NCBI GenBank assembly: GCA_015680685.1
Contig: MNCI01001925.1
Location: 527,573 to 591,572, forward strand
Origin: Gnetum montanum
Lineage: Eukaryota > Plantae > Gnetophyta
Length of the DNA: 64,000 nucleotides
Direction: 5' to 3'
A model generated the notes under the pieces. The model did no database searches, was not told where the DNA came from, and saw only the letters and a list, made by a program, of their open reading frames with translations. How positions within the stretch are numbered: the first letter of the stretch is position 1; every line of letters begins with the position of its first letter. The position numbers and the translations under genes were made by a program. Positions 50,449 to 64,000 of this stretch are shown piece by piece.

Positions 50449-53400
50449 ATGGAAATCGACCATGCCCTGTCCACACCTCTAATATTAATAGGGCCACAAG
50501 GCAAGCTCATAAGATAGTTAAACCCCAATGCAATTAACTAGGGTTCGATTATGATTAATACTACAGTGACCTTAGAAGCACCCCTGGATTGGCCTAGACA
50601 CCTGGTCCATGCCCTAGATTTAGAGGCCGGGGATGTAACCGAGGATCCTCTTGTCGAGATACCTGTAACCATGACAAGAAGAAAGGTAAAGACATTAAGA
50701 CTTAGCTCCCTCCTAGACGCACAAATACATGATGGCATAGTTAAAACCTTGCAAGAACACATTGATGTCTTCACATGATCATACAGAGATATGTCGGGTT
50801 TGGATCCATGGCTGATTCAACATAACATTTTCCTAGACCCCCACGTAAGGTCAGTCAAGCAAAAGGTATGCAAAATTAATCCAGAAATTGCACTAGCCAT
50901 AAAGGATGAAATCACTAAGTTATACCGAGCATGTTTCATCCGAGCAGTTGACTATTCAAAGTGGGTGTCCAACATCATTTTGGTTTCAAATAAAATATGA
51001 GGGATACGAGTATGTATATATTTCTAAGATTTGAATAAGGCAATGATCAAGGACAACTTTCCACTACTGAGCATCAATCATCTCATCGACACCATAGTTG
51101 AACATGCTTTGCTATCCTTCATGGATAGCTTCTTAGGATACAACCAAATTTGCATCAACCTAGAACACTAGTTGTCAACAACCTTCATGACTCCATGGGG
51201 GACCTTATACTATACCATGATGCCCTTCAAGCTCAAGAATGCTAGAGTGACATACCAGCGATCCATGACCTACATATTCAATAACTACATCCTAGAAACA
51301 TTAAACGATTATGTAGATGATATAGCAGTTAACTCCAAAGAGGCAGTCAATCACTCACGTGATCTAGAGTTAGTCCTCAAGTGCTGTCAAAGGCATGATT
51401 TACATCTTAATCCTAAGAAGTGCATCTTTGGAGTAAAGACCAGATGCATGTTAGGGTTTGTAATATCAGAGGCTAGAATATGGGTGGACCCAGACAAAGT
51501 CAAAGCCATTGTCAACCTAGCACCTCCCACAAACCTTAAGGAGTTATGTGTTTTACAAGGAAGAGTGCAATTAATTCGAAGGTTTATAGCAAGATTGACC
51601 AATAAGTTACACCCCATGCAACATCTTCTGAGAAATGGGGTTAACTTCGACTGGACAGCCCAATGTCAACAAGCCTTCGACAACCTAAAGAAAGAGCTCT
51701 TGCACCTCCCAACAGTGTACCTGTCGCAGAGGGACAAGCCATTCCTCATATACCTTTCTACCTCTGATGCATCCATAGTGGCACTGCTATGTCAGAAGAA
51801 GGATGATGGCTCTGAGATACTAGTGTATTACTTGAGCCATGCATTAATATCATACAAGGAAAATTACAATGAGGTGAAGAGGAATTGCCTAGCCTTAGTG
51901 TTTGCACTAAAAAATTGGTGGAACTACCTATTTTGTAGCACAATCAACATCATTTGCAAAATCAATGTACTCTGGGCTATCATTGGCAACCTGTACGAAA
52001 GCAGTAGGATAGCCTGATGGAAGGCCATAACTATAGAATTTGACCTAGGCTATGTAAGCCAATCATTGACAAAGGGCCAAGCCATAGTGACCCAACTTAT
52101 GGCCTCGCCAATCAACAACCAGGAAACCATTGATCTCGAGTTCCTAGATGAATACATTAGCAATGTTGCCATCATCTAGCTACATTTCAAGGCAACCTTA
52201 CACTTCAATGGTGTCTCAACCATGCGAGGAGGTAGTGCCACTACCATAATCACATTCCTCTCTAAGGAAACGTACCCATTGGCTTATTGCTTCCCATTCC
52301 CATGCACCAATAACGTGGCGAAATATGAGGGCCTACTCAGAGGCCTCTTAACTGCCCACGCACTGCATGTACAACACCTGGCGATCCGGGGAGATTTACA
52401 ACTAGTCGTAAATCAAATCACTGAAGTCTATGCCTACAAGGCCGTGCATCTGCAACCCTACTGCTACCTAGAAAAAGTTTTACTAAAACAATTCATGACC
52501 ACTGATGTGCAACACATGCAGTGCAACAAGAACACTATAGCAGACACCTTAGCTACCCTTGTGTTAAACATGCCATCTCATTCCTTGGCAAACCTACCAA
52601 CTGCAATCATAGAATGCGCAGAACCTATCACTCGAGTGGAACACGTGGCATCTATTGATGCTGCAGGAATCCCCAAGTGGTATGATAACATTAAAGCATA
52701 TTTACAACATGGCAAACCCCCAGGTGGATTAACATCGAGTTAGAGAGATCCAATCCGCAAGCGTGCCTGGCAATATATGCTCATGGGAAATGACACCCTG
52801 TGCCGGCAATCCTATGATGGGATATTGTTGGCATGTGTGGGTGGTAAGTAGGCACAAAAGGTAGTTACTAAGGTTCATGAAGGGTTGTGCGGTGGACACA
52901 TAGCACCCAGGGCTATGGCAACAAAAATCAGATGCCTAGTGTATTATTGGCCCTACATGGAGCGCGACTACTTGTCGAAAGTCAAGACATGTGACACATG
53001 CCAGAGATATGAAAATATCATACACATAGCACCTATAGACCTGCACCCAACACAAATTACATGGTCTTTCCAATAATGGGGACTAGACCTCATAAGGCCC
53101 ATCACCGCCACAGAGTATTTTTACTAAGTGGGTGAAAGCTATTCCCCTGAGGGAAACTACATCCTAGCAAATATGCCACTTCATCTTCAATAACATCATG
53201 ACTAAGTTTGGGCTTCTGATGATTATTGTGACTGAAAATGGACCACATTTCAACAGTAAGAAAACCCGGGCCTTCTGTAGCAACCTAGGCATTAAACAAT
53301 TATTTTCTTCCCCTTACTATCCATAGGCAAACGGGTAGGCAGAGGCTACAAATAAGTCCATTATCAACTTCCTGAAGCGGATGCTTAACAACAACAAGAG

Positions 53401-53884
53401 GCGGTGGCACGAGCAAATACTATACGTCCTCTAGGCCTATTGAATGACTTGCAGAACCGCGACAAGTAAGACCCCTAATAGTCTTGTTTATGGATCTAGA
53501 GATGTGTTGCCTCTTGATTTACAAGTATCCTCACTTCAAATGATCCTCTCCAACGTCGTGAGCGAAGCCCAGAACAACGAATCATGAACCATCGACCTCG
53601 ACTCGGTGGAAGAGGAACGCGTGCAGACAATGAGATGTATCGAGCACAAATCAAAATAAACAACAGCAAAAGAACTATGCAGACCCGCATCGATGGCCAG
53701 TGTAGAAGGGAGACCTTGTCCTCAAGGCCATCTGTGAGTACATAAGTAAGTTCTTAGGCAACTGGGAAGTCCTTACGTGGTTGCTAAAGCCTTCGGGAAT
53801 GGAGACTTCAAACTGGTAAACATGGATGGCAACGATTTCACCAACCTGGTGAACCACATCTACCTCAAGCCGTACTACGTCTAA
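50449..53884 (+). pseudogene. pol: pol of element X: RT, RNase H, archaeal-type RNase H, integrase
   Basis: YVDD in RT; TSDAS in RH; aRH with CTNNVAKYEGLLRGL..IRGDLQLVVNQ; integrase VHEGLCGGH..CDTCQR, WGLDL, VTENG and NG*AEATNK; ends YLKPYYV*. No chromodomain. Confidence 0.95.
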
Positions 53885-53899
53885 GGTGCAATGAGAGCA

Positions 53900-54180
53900 C
53901 CAGGCACCATCCACTATGATGATAAACTAGCAGTTGCACCATGTATCATCTGCAATGATGATAAACTAGTAGCACCGAACAGCATCCGCTATGATGATAA
54001 ACTAGCAGCAACCATCTATCACAACGTAAAACTGGCACTGTTAGTCCACTATGACTATACACTAGCATTGCACGTCTGCCATGATGTAAAACTAGTGTGT
54101 ACGGTCTGCTGGGATCTCAAACTAGCATAGTGGTCTACTGGGACCCTAAACTAGCACACGGTCTACTAAGACCTTAAACT
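53900..54180 (+). repeat. Degenerate ~30-40 bp tandem repeats right after the integrase stop
   Basis: Repeated atgatgataaactagca / taaactagca motifs, about 8 times. Confidence 0.75.
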
Positions 54181-55174
54181 GGGTTTGTGTTGCATACTCA
54201 ATATGCACCCCCACCACCAGATACATGTCGAACGAAGAGGCATGATACTGGCGCATGGGCTGAACATTGCTACTCCAGGATGCAGTTCTCGATGTAAGGA
54301 GAACATGGTCTGGGGCATACGTGCTGCCACCTTTGGTGTCATGCTGACCCTTCGAAGACATCGTACGATGTCACACTTTCCCTTCGAACCTACCATTACC
54401 ACGGCCCATCACCGTGATGGTAGTTCCTGGGCTCGTTCCTGCTTCTGAGGTACTGACAATATTGTGGCCTAGCCACAATATTGTTGCGCTTCAGTTCCCC
54501 ATCAAGTTTTTGGCTCGTGCAGTGTTCAACTATGTGGTAGCTGATCTCATAGCTGAACTGAGCATGCATTTCTTTGGTGGGGATTCTAGTGCATCTGCAT
54601 CCCTGGTGCCCTGGGAACCAGCTCCCCCCATGACCAGTGCTGCCAAGACTGTTGTTGGCCTCCTTGCTTTGGGCATCTCACACTAGCAATGATGCCCAAG
54701 TGTAATAACAATGCCAGCAACTTACAAAAAATCATCCCCGTAGATGCATCCCCCTACAGCAGCAAAGGCTACAACGTCCCAAAGTGAGTGCCTTGACTAA
54801 CATGATTGTTTGAGAGTGCAAATTCCAATATGCACGTAACACAACTCGCCATATGGAAGGCTTCAATAGGCAGGTTAGAACATTCCATGGATGTAATACA
54901 GCTTATCCTACGGAGGGGAGACCTACCTACAGGAGGTTGAAGAATAGTGCCAGCCAGAGATGAAAATGCAAATGAGCCCCTCATAGCACTCCAACGAGGA
55001 ACTTAACTAAACATCATCTCTAATCTCTACCTTAACCTCCACAAAACCAATGCAACACCCTCAAGCACGGCCAAGTGACATACCAGTACTGACCAAGAGA
55101 CAACCTCAGCATTTCTCTTACTGCGGTGTTTCGTATTCTTTACCGACATCCATCGAGCTTGTTCTCTAGACATC

Positions 55175-55190
55175 AACAAAGAGGGGCCAA
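55175..55190 (+). promoter_or_regulatory. Polypurine tract of element X
   Basis: AACAAAGAGGGGCCAA immediately before the 3' LTR. Confidence 0.75.
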
Positions 55191-56989
55191 TGAAACATGC
55201 TAACAAAATGCGAGATCATCCTGACCTCACTAGGCTCTTGTAGTCCGCATAGCACCATGATAGTTCATTAGGAGAAGAACGTTCTGAGTCTAGGATAGCC
55301 CGTTTGGCAAATTTTCTACTTTGGGCATGGATAGGCCCTGTAACATCCTAGCCACCCATTAAAGTAGCCTGAACAGTTGGTAACTTGCTCAAAAATGGTA
55401 TGCAAAATTGATAGTAGTATCCTGGGTGCACAAAAATAAGTTCAACAAGTTTTCTAAGTCATGAAGCCTACTATGATATGTAGCGTAGCACGCTTCAAAA
55501 AATAATGGTGGAACGAAATGCTACGCTACGCAATGTCACACAGTGTATCATAGCAACAAATTCACTACCTGCTCTCCTGACCCAAATTTGAGTTCTGCAG
55601 TGATGTCTCTTTTCACTAGGAAGAGGCGGACCATGTCTACTACTACGCTACGTTGAGCTACATGGTGTAGCAAGGCATAGCAATCCTATGAAAGGAATAG
55701 AAGGCAGTTCAAAAGGTGAAATCAACAAAGGTTGCAAATTAGCAAAACTATCGTCATTAAGGCTAGTCGCTATGCTACGTAGCGTAGCATCATGTACCAA
55801 GTACGTGACATATGGCGGGATGCGTAGCAAGATGCTACGCCATGCCAAGCAAGCCATGTCACAAAGCACAGTGCGGAATGCAGGTGGTCATGCAATATCA
55901 ATGCACTCCATCCAATCGTACTGTTGGCACATGTCTCTAGGAGCTGAAGACGTAGTTGTGATATAGTAGGATCATAGTTATTTCATGGTAGGCTTGCATT
56001 GCAACAGTCTTATAAGCCCCCAACAGTCACAGACAGCTTGAGTAACACTAGTGAGGTATCACAAGTCTGTGATGTGTAGCATTCAAACGGTCCCTTTTGT
56101 TTACCTTTAGCCCTATAAATATCTCAGCAAACAGAACACAAAAGGTCTGAAAAAAATTTCTTGGCTAAGAAAAAATGAGAAAGGTACCTATGATTCGGAA
56201 AAAGAAATGAAAAAGCCAGCAATCTGTAAAGTTAGCAATTTCAAAAGGGGGTTCATGTCCTCTTGGAAGCAAAAGGCTTTCCCCCCCCCCCCCCCTTCTT
56301 TTTTTTGCTAGCGTTATAACAATCATACCCATCTGTTTAACACTGTAAACAGAGAACCTCTCCTGGCTGGCGTAAGGTCCCGGTCTTTGTTCTGCCACCT
56401 TGGTAGGATCCCGCATTGTTTGTACATGAATTCCATGCCCAAGAACATAGCTCTTTCTACTTCTTTGCACACTTTGGTTACCATCAAAACTTCTGCACTC
56501 CGTCACGCTATGCAACCGATTGTATCCAACCTGACCGAATAGATTTGTAGCTCTGAAGCGGTGCAGGTTTCTAATCGTATCTTACTTTACCTCTCATTTA
56601 TTGTCTAGATTTCTTGCATTATTTTCTATCTTAGTTACCTTCAAGCATCATCTCATATTACTGCTACATTTACATTTTTCATGTTCAGCATCTCTTCGTA
56701 TTACCATCGTATCTCTACTTTATTTATTATTTTGCATTACTGTTGCATTTTTATAGTTTCTTTCTTTTTCCGCTGTATCTACTCGTAAGCATTATCTTGC
56801 AATTCATACAATTTATATTGCAAAAGATTGTATTGATGCTGAAGTAACTCTCTGTCTGATCGACCAGACCATTCAGGGCACCCCGTGTTCACACACACCC
56901 AGCACCGTCCTCCCGCGGGCATAAGGTTGGAACTATTGCGTCCGCCAACCCCAACGTTCTTCTAGTCACTAATGTTTTCAGTCTCTACA
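55191..56989 (+). repeat. 3' LTR of element X
   Basis: TGAAACATGC...AGTCTCTACA; direct repeat of the 5' LTR with many substitutions and a few indels. Confidence 0.93.
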
Positions 56990-56994
56990 ATAGC

Positions 56995-59163
56995 CATCTT
57001 TAAGGGTGCAATTAATGACTTTATTAAGTCGAAACTATACTATCATGCTTCACAAACTCTTAGTTAGGCTTTTTCCTAGACCAAGAGCATACAAGCTGCG
57101 GCCGAGAGAAGTAAAGGCTTGGCCTATGTCACATACAAGAGCACATTTACAAAAAGGACAAATATATGGGCAAGGCTACAATAACCACAGTGGCCACTAT
57201 GGCAAATGAAGCCAAGCCCAATAATAAAAACAATAAGAAGGTGGCCACTATGCCAACCAACCTCGCACTTGCACCCAGCAATGCCACTCAAGCCTTTACG
57301 TCGACACCTGAAGCATCCAATTCACCTAAGTGTAACTTTGAGCGTAAAGATCGCTCTAAGTACACCATGCTACCTATTAAGCCTTTAGAACTTCTGAAGT
57401 AATTACTAGGGGTAGGGTATAGTCAACATAAGTGGATTTCCGGGGAGACGACCAAGAGACATCAATGGTACTATGAGCTTCTTAGGAACCCCTCCTTGGC
57501 TTTTCCCAATGAGGGCCCTATTCCTAAGAATTTTAGGTAGGAACAGTTCTGTGAATACCATCAACTTTTTGGTTACAAGATGAATTATTGTTTGGCATTG
57601 AAGGATGACATTTAAAGATTGTTTGATTAAGGGAAGTTGGTTCTAGATGAAAGCAACCCTGTGTGCCTCAAAAATCAATCTATGGATGTTTACATAGATC
57701 CACTCAATGCCAATAGCACTATCTACATCATCAACACTATCGACATGGATAGTAATCTCAAGCTACCCAAGCAACTATTTGTGGTTCATGTGCCTCAGCG
57801 TAGTGCACCCACTTCAACAGTAGCTAAAAAAATTCCACAGCAATTTTTTGTCTTAAGAGTCCCTCCTTGGATATCCGTCCATGCACTTCCTATAAACAAG
57901 ACCACACCACCATCCCTATTAACACCCAAAGCACCATTCATCATCAGGGGGCCAAACAATTCAACTATCCCCACCCCACATAAGATAGCACTACAACCTT
58001 CTCATCCACATAAACGAGAAGAGCGCTTGATAGGTTAGGTGACAACGGAAGTTACTGCTCTAGGTCCTTCCAAGACTACCCCCTCATCCTCCACGTCTAC
58101 TTCCTCGTCAACCAAAGTTAACACTACTATGTGCTTACCATCATCGCCACCTCACCCAAAAGGGTCTCATCCCAAACTTGAAGATGTTCCTCCTTTGGAA
58201 ATTCATCTCCTGGGATGAATGAAAGAGGAGAAGGATAGTGAACAATAGGAGGGTGGACAAGACCTATTAAGCACTCTTACTCAAGTCAAGCAGGCTCTAA
58301 AATAAAAAAACACAACATTTAGCCTATACGACCTAATAATGACTTCAACTACACATCATGAGGCTCTAATTTTCATGTTAACAGTAATACCAATTGATGA
58401 GAACATGCCAGCAGAAGAGAAAGCAATTCACTCAGTTATGCTTCCTTCTACACCTGCAGAACCCCAGCCATCCCAATTGACATTCTATGATGATTCCATT
58501 AGGGAGGACCCTAAAAAGGGTCAGGTGACTAAAACACCTCTGTTCATCATAATTTGGATTGGTCAACATAAGATCCAAAGGGTACACATTGATGATAGGG
58601 TTGTTACGAAGGTCATCCCATTCCCCATTGTGGATAAACTAGGTTTGGTGTACCAGATCAAACCCACTACAATGTCATGCTTGAAGTCATTGAACAGGGC
58701 ATTAGTCATGGTAAAAGGAACTATCCAAATTGACTTTGAGGTAGGGGACTAGTTTCCCACAAAGGCAACATTTACTGTGATGGAAGAGATGCCTGGGTTT
58801 AACCTGATCTTGGGGATGTCCTGGTTAGCCTATCTTAGTGCTATCTCTTCACCCATACATCAGGAGATCCATCTACCCTATGTAGGCAAGGAGGTGATGA
58901 TCCATGGTGACGAGGTAGCAACAAATAAAATAAACAATGTGGATATAGAGCAAGGTTCAGAGGTCATAACCTTTGAGAATGAGGCACCTATCTTCATCAG
59001 CGCTAACTTCTTAAAGAAAGAGTTGACCCAATATGCTGGCTCAGAAAATGAAAATGTGTGGGCTAAGTTTCCTTTCCAAGTAGAAGACAATGATATAGAT
59101 GAATTCCATGGTAAATCTTCTCATCCTTACATCTCACCAAATCCATGATGGGTTAGAAAATAG
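56995..59163 (+). pseudogene. gag: gag C-terminus and protease of element Y
   Basis: IFKGAINDFIKSKLYY, FCEYHQ and protease region FNLILGMSWL. Confidence 0.88.
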
Positions 59164-59299
59164 TTGTCCATAGCATAGAAACTTCGTTTCTTCTTACCCA
59201 GTTAAGATCTATCATATATTCATCTCTTGCTCACTTCACATCCATCCATCTACACTGAGTGCCTAACTAATTCTTTTTAAACCATTCCCATACTCATCG

Positions 59300-59545
59300 T
59301 TCACATCATGTTATGGCCTGCTACGACCTAAAACTGTCAAAACTCACTGTTCACATTATGTTATGGCCTACTATGGCCTACAACTATAAAAATTTTCCAA
59401 TTACATTATGTTGTGGCCTGCTAAGGCCTAAAACTGATACAATCATCCATTTACATCATGTTATGGCCTAAAATGGCCTAAAACTAGCCACGACCTGAAA
59501 TGGCCTAAAACTAGCAATGGCCTGAAATGGCCTAAAACTAAGGTG
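59300..59545. repeat. GGCC-core tandem repeats after the protease stop (element Y)
   Basis: acat.atgttatggcct...ggcctaaaact units. Confidence 0.75.
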
Positions 59546-59641
59546 AAAAATAATAAAAAATCAATCACATAGGTAATGCGATCTTGCCTTTTCCCTTGCG
59601 ATCTTTATCCTTGTTTTCATTACTCTCGAACTGTGTAGAGA

Positions 59642-62600
59642 ATGGCTGCATCAACCACTGTTGTTGACACTGCTAACCTCAAGAATCCTTGGACTCTGCA
59701 AGCTACACCTCCTGTTGTTGAGCCACCAACTAGTTTGGTGTGATCACGTCGCTCCCTCAGGATTCAAAACAAAGAGCCTGAGGGGCATGCTCAGCATAAG
59801 GAACATTGCAATTTCCTCTACGCTAAACTTGCAGCAAATCTGCCTATGTATCCATAAGAACTGAAAGAGAAATGAGAGTACAAGTTCATATACTACAATG
59901 GGAAGGAATTTATTCCTTTTCCAAATGCCACTATACCCCTAACACATCAAAAACAATGGATCCTAGATCAAATTTTGATGGCTAAGACATTGACAGAACA
60001 ACGAGAAGAGTTATTCCGTGATGAAGCACTTCATGATGTATAGGATGATCTAGATTCCCACTCTGAGGGGGGCAGTCATGCTGATTTGGCTATGGCCCCT
60101 CCCTCCAGGACATCTCGCATAAATCCATTTTTTATGATCATCATGTCGTTAACATTGTCTAATACTAATTGAGTCTCGCACTTGCCCCAACTACATTTTC
60201 TCTCTCCAACTACACTCCTGGGTGATGCTCTGCCACAAATCATTCCTCAACAGGTGCAGTTAGCTAATCCACCTCATCGTACACCTACACCCACGTCACT
60301 CTATGTACACATGATACCTACTTTGTAGTTACATACAGCACCCACATTCATCCCGACTCACGTGACAGGGCCCACCACTACAGCATGGTTGGTTCCAAAC
60401 ATGTCTCTCGTTGTGCATCCTACACAGATGTCCCATCTTCCCCATCATCAAAACTAGGTTCCGCAGGTGCTAAACCCTACTACAAGGTCATTTTCCATCC
60501 CCTTGTCCACACAAACAACATATCCAATGGCATAGCCAATGGTGGTCACCCCATCTGTGACACCTACTGGGTTGTGGATTTCACAACCGGCACCGCCTGT
60601 AGGGACAATCTCAATAGCACCACCCATTGGCCAAGCTTCTGCCCCTATTCTACCACCCAGCATGGCTCCTCTTGTTGTTCCATAAATGAGCTCTTCATCT
60701 ATGGGTCTGGATCAAGCCTTCTAGCTTATTTAGACCCTTACAGAGGAAGTTAACTGCCTCAAGGCTATTAGTTTTGACACAATATAGGTCATGGATTTTT
60801 ACCATGATGATCCTATTAGTTCAGTAGTGCCTGTTTTATCATTCCCTCCTGGGATTCCACTCCCTTATTTTATGAAATACAATGGGGAAGGTGATTCCAA
60901 TTCCCATTTGGTTACTTTCATGTTAGAGTCATTGTTATTGCAAAAATGGCCACATACTATCATCTGTGTCTTTGCTATGTCCCTAATGGCTAAAGCTTTA
61001 GATTGGTATCAAGCACTCCCGCGTGCTTCCATATCAACTTTGGAAGTGTTGTTAACTCAGTTTGTGAGTCATTTCAAGTACAACTTGAAACCAGAAGTCA
61101 TGTTGGACCAGCTCATGGGAGTCAAGCAAGACCCGCTTGAGCCAGTTCAAAAGTTTATATAGCGGTGGAGTGCCACTTTGAATGAAATCCGTGAACCCAT
61201 CACGGAGGCCCATCTGTTGGCAATTTTCAAAGTGGTAGTTAACAACTTTATCAAGTCTAAGTTATATTATCTTGCTCCCCATTCCCTTAGCCAAGCCTTC
61301 ACTCAGACTAAGAGCATCCAAGATGTGCTAGAGGCTAGCAAAGATTCGGCGTATCTGGTCTACAAAAATGCACACAACAAAGGTAAGGACAAAGGCAAAG
61401 CTATGAAAATGACAGTAGCAGTGGTTGTTGAGGGGGCCAAGAAGAAAAAAAATAACAAGAAAACATCTACAGAGCCTGTTGAACCCACGACTAGCTCAAA
61501 AAGTGTTGATCAAGAAACTCTTTTCTGCCCCTAAACCACCTCCACAGCCGAGGCCTAAATTTGAGCCTAAGGATTGCTCAAATTATGTGGCTCTACCTAT
61601 AAAGCCTTCAAAAATTCTAAAGAAATTATTGGGAACTAGCTACTTCCAACACAAAGCGGTGTTTGAGGAAGCGCTAAAATGCCATAGGCACCATTGTGAG
61701 CTGCTCAAGAACCCCTCCTTGGCCCTACTGAACGAACCCCCAGTTCCAAAAAAATTTAGACTAGACCGCTTTTGTGACTATCACCAGCTGTGTGGTCATG
61801 AAATGGATTATTTCTGGGCATTAAAAGATTATATTCAATGCATGATCGATCAAGGTGACCTGATCTTAGATATCAGTAATTTGATCTATCCAGAAAACCA
61901 ACCCATGCAAGTGTACCAGGACCCGTTAAATGCAAATAACACAGGGTACACTATCAACGTAGTGGGTGCAGAGGGCGATGACTAGACATAGCCAAAGAAA
62001 CCCTTTGTGTTTCGTGTGCCTCCTTGCCTTCCTTAGACAAAAATCCCATCAACATCGATGGGTGTGGCTCAATAAAAACCCTTCATACTCTGTGCCCTGT
62101 CTTCTACCTTCATTCCACACCCCACTATCATTAAAGTCGTGGCCTGGCCTGCGCCCATGCCTAGGGAACCCCTTATCATCAGGGTGCCAAAGCCATCAGT
62201 TTCTCCTACTACGCAAGAGCAAATCTCTAAGTCAACACCCCAATCACAGCCAAGGACCAACTTACACTGGGGTTCCCAAAACCTACACCCCTCACCCCAG
62301 TGCCCTTGACCCCACCTTCTTCTAAAATAGATGATGTTATGCAAATGCAACCACCTTCTCCCAACCCAAGAAAATGCAACCCTCAACTAGAAGCTGTTCC
62401 ACCTCAAGAAATCCATCTCTTCAAACGACTGAAGAAGAGAAGGGTAACAAACAACCAGATCATGGGCATGATCTCCTTGATGCTTTTACACAAGTCAAGT
62501 AGGCTCTTAAATAGAAAAATACAATGATGAGCCTATATGACTTGTTGATGGCATCCCAAAAGCATCGTGATGCTATGGTTTTCATGCTAGTGTCCATACC

Positions 62601-63363
62601 AGTGGACGAAAACTTGCCTATAGATGAAGAAGCAATCCATGCGATTATGCTTCCCTCCATTGCTAAACAACCACAGCTCCCCCAACTGACATTTCATGAA
62701 GAATCCATTAAGGATTACCTAGAAAAGGGTTAGGTGACAATAGTGCCCATGTTCATCACTATCTGGGTCAGCCAATACAAAATTTGGAGAGTACATGTAG
62801 ATGACAAGGCTACTACCAATGTCATTCCATTCCCTATAGTGGACAAACTAGATTTTCTCAACCAGATCAATCCCACAACAAAATCATGTTTGAATTCATT
62901 CAACAAGGCAAGAGTGCAAGTTAAGGGAATGGTACACATCAAATTTGTAGCAAGGGATTAGTTCCCTACAAACAAAGTATTCATCATCATTGAGGAGATG
63001 CCTAGCTTCAACCTAATCTTAGGGAGGTCTTGGTTAGCTCAATTAAGGGCAGTCTCATCACCCATTCATCAAGAGATCCACTTACCCTATGTGCGAGGGG
63101 AAGTGATCATCCATGGTGATAAGATTACCTCTCAAGTGGTTAACAATGTAGAAATGGAGCAAAGGTCAGAGGTTGAAGTCTCCGAAGATCAAACCCCCAT
63201 TCCAACAGTTGAACAGGTAGACATAGTATCCAATGAAAGCTTGACTTGGGTTGAGCTACCCTTCCAGGGAGAAGATGTTAGCATAAAGGAATGCTGTAAT
63301 AAGCCTCCTCTCCCATACCCATCGCCAAACCTAAAGACAATCAAGAAACAACTACAGAGCTAG
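59642..63363 (+). pseudogene. gag: gag-protease of element Z (same subfamily as A; no LTR or PBS upstream)
   Basis: ORFs 60791-63363 give the gag core, CDYHQLCGHEMDY and protease FNLILGRSWL; collinear with the reverse complement of 6863-10622. Confidence 0.9.
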
Positions 63364-63469
63364 CAAATAAAAATGTTAGCATGACATGTTGTATCATTCC
63401 ATAGTATTTCTTGTTAGGTAGTTTAAGCTCATTCTTTTTTTTTCCATTGTTGCTATCACCCTTATGACG

Positions 63470-63790
63470 AACTGGCCCACAATGGCCTTAAACTAGTTGT
63501 GGCCTGCAATGGCCTTAAACTAATTGTAGCCCACTACGGCCTAAAATTGAAAACTTGGTTTTTATTTATCTTATTCTTTTATGCATATGATGATCTAGCT
63601 TGAAACGGCCTAAAACTAGCAATGGCCCGAAATGGCCTTAAACTATTCATGGCCCGAAATGGCCTAAAACTAGCAATTTCATTTACGACTTATGCTTGAA
63701 CTAATTGACAGCCTGCAATGGCCTTAAATTAGAAATTTCATTTATGCTTCATGCTTAAACTAGTTACGGCCTATCATGGCCTAAAATTGG
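63470..63790. repeat. GGCC-core tandem repeats after the protease stop (element Z)
   Basis: aatggccttaaacta / aatggcctaaaacta units. Confidence 0.75.
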
Positions 63791-64000
63791 TGATCTCATT
63801 TACGCTTTATGCATAGAAACAAAAATAATAGAACACTAAACCCAAAATTTTTGCATTAAACACATTGAAGAAGTATTGTCTTTTACTCCACTTCACTACA
63901 ATAAAATTGTGGTTAATATAACCATGCTATGTATTTCCTCTATGGCCACTATCACCCGTGTCATCCAACTCCACCTCTGCTTCAAACAAATCATCTTTTT

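Larger units (their letters stand above)
38348..56989 (+). mobile_element. Element X: full-length (~18.6 kb) decayed Tat/Ogre-like LTR retrotransposon
   Basis: Paired LTRs 38348-40174 and 55191-56989, PBS, PPT and TSD CTAGC/ATAGC (4 of 5). The target gag reads HLLA|IFKGAINDFIK across the insertion. Confidence 0.93.
30607..59545 (+). mobile_element. Element Y: Tat/Ogre-like element whose gag carries three nested insertions; truncated after the protease
   Basis: LTR 30607-32125 and PBS. The gag pieces 32358-32727, 34295-34382, 37176-38347 and 56995-59163 rejoin into a continuous gag-PR when the TSD-bounded inserts are removed. Confidence 0.8.

Noticed and set aside
53891-54984. Extra ORF in the 3' region of X
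   Set aside because: Only short ORFs arising from repeats or GC-rich sequence; no recognisable motif and no second copy in the window for comparison.

Overview
Eukaryotic land-plant DNA (AT-rich, strongly CG/CHG-depleted) made almost entirely of nested, decayed Ty3/Gypsy LTR retrotransposons of the Tat/Ogre type. These have a tRNA-Asn primer site, a CX2HX4HX4C gag knuckle and an extra archaeal-type RNase H between RNase H and integrase. I resolve five related elements: A (1-12113, -), B (12114-29500, -), Y (30607-~59545, +), X (38348-56989, +, full length with both LTRs and a TSD) and Z (~59570-64000, +). There is also one solo LTR and two copies of an unrelated ~3 kb TG...CA element (W1, W2). 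Two things stand out. (1) In the three copies where it can be seen, gag-protease is separated from RT-RH-aRH-INT by ~6 kb holding an antisense, TATA-preceded, multi-intron gene. Its product has an FCP1/SCP (NIF)-like HAD phosphatase domain with a degenerate active site, a plant-mobile-domain-like region and a coiled coil. The whole spacer may be one giant sense-strand intron. (2) W1 and W2 share ~30 bp at the 5' end and ~1.2 kb at the 3' end but carry different middles. W1 holds fragments of a PBS1/PBL-type kinase and of HSP70; W2 holds a CpG-rich, host-promoter-like segment. No intact host gene was found. All translations and alignments were done by eye, and domain calls are motif recognition rather than database hits.
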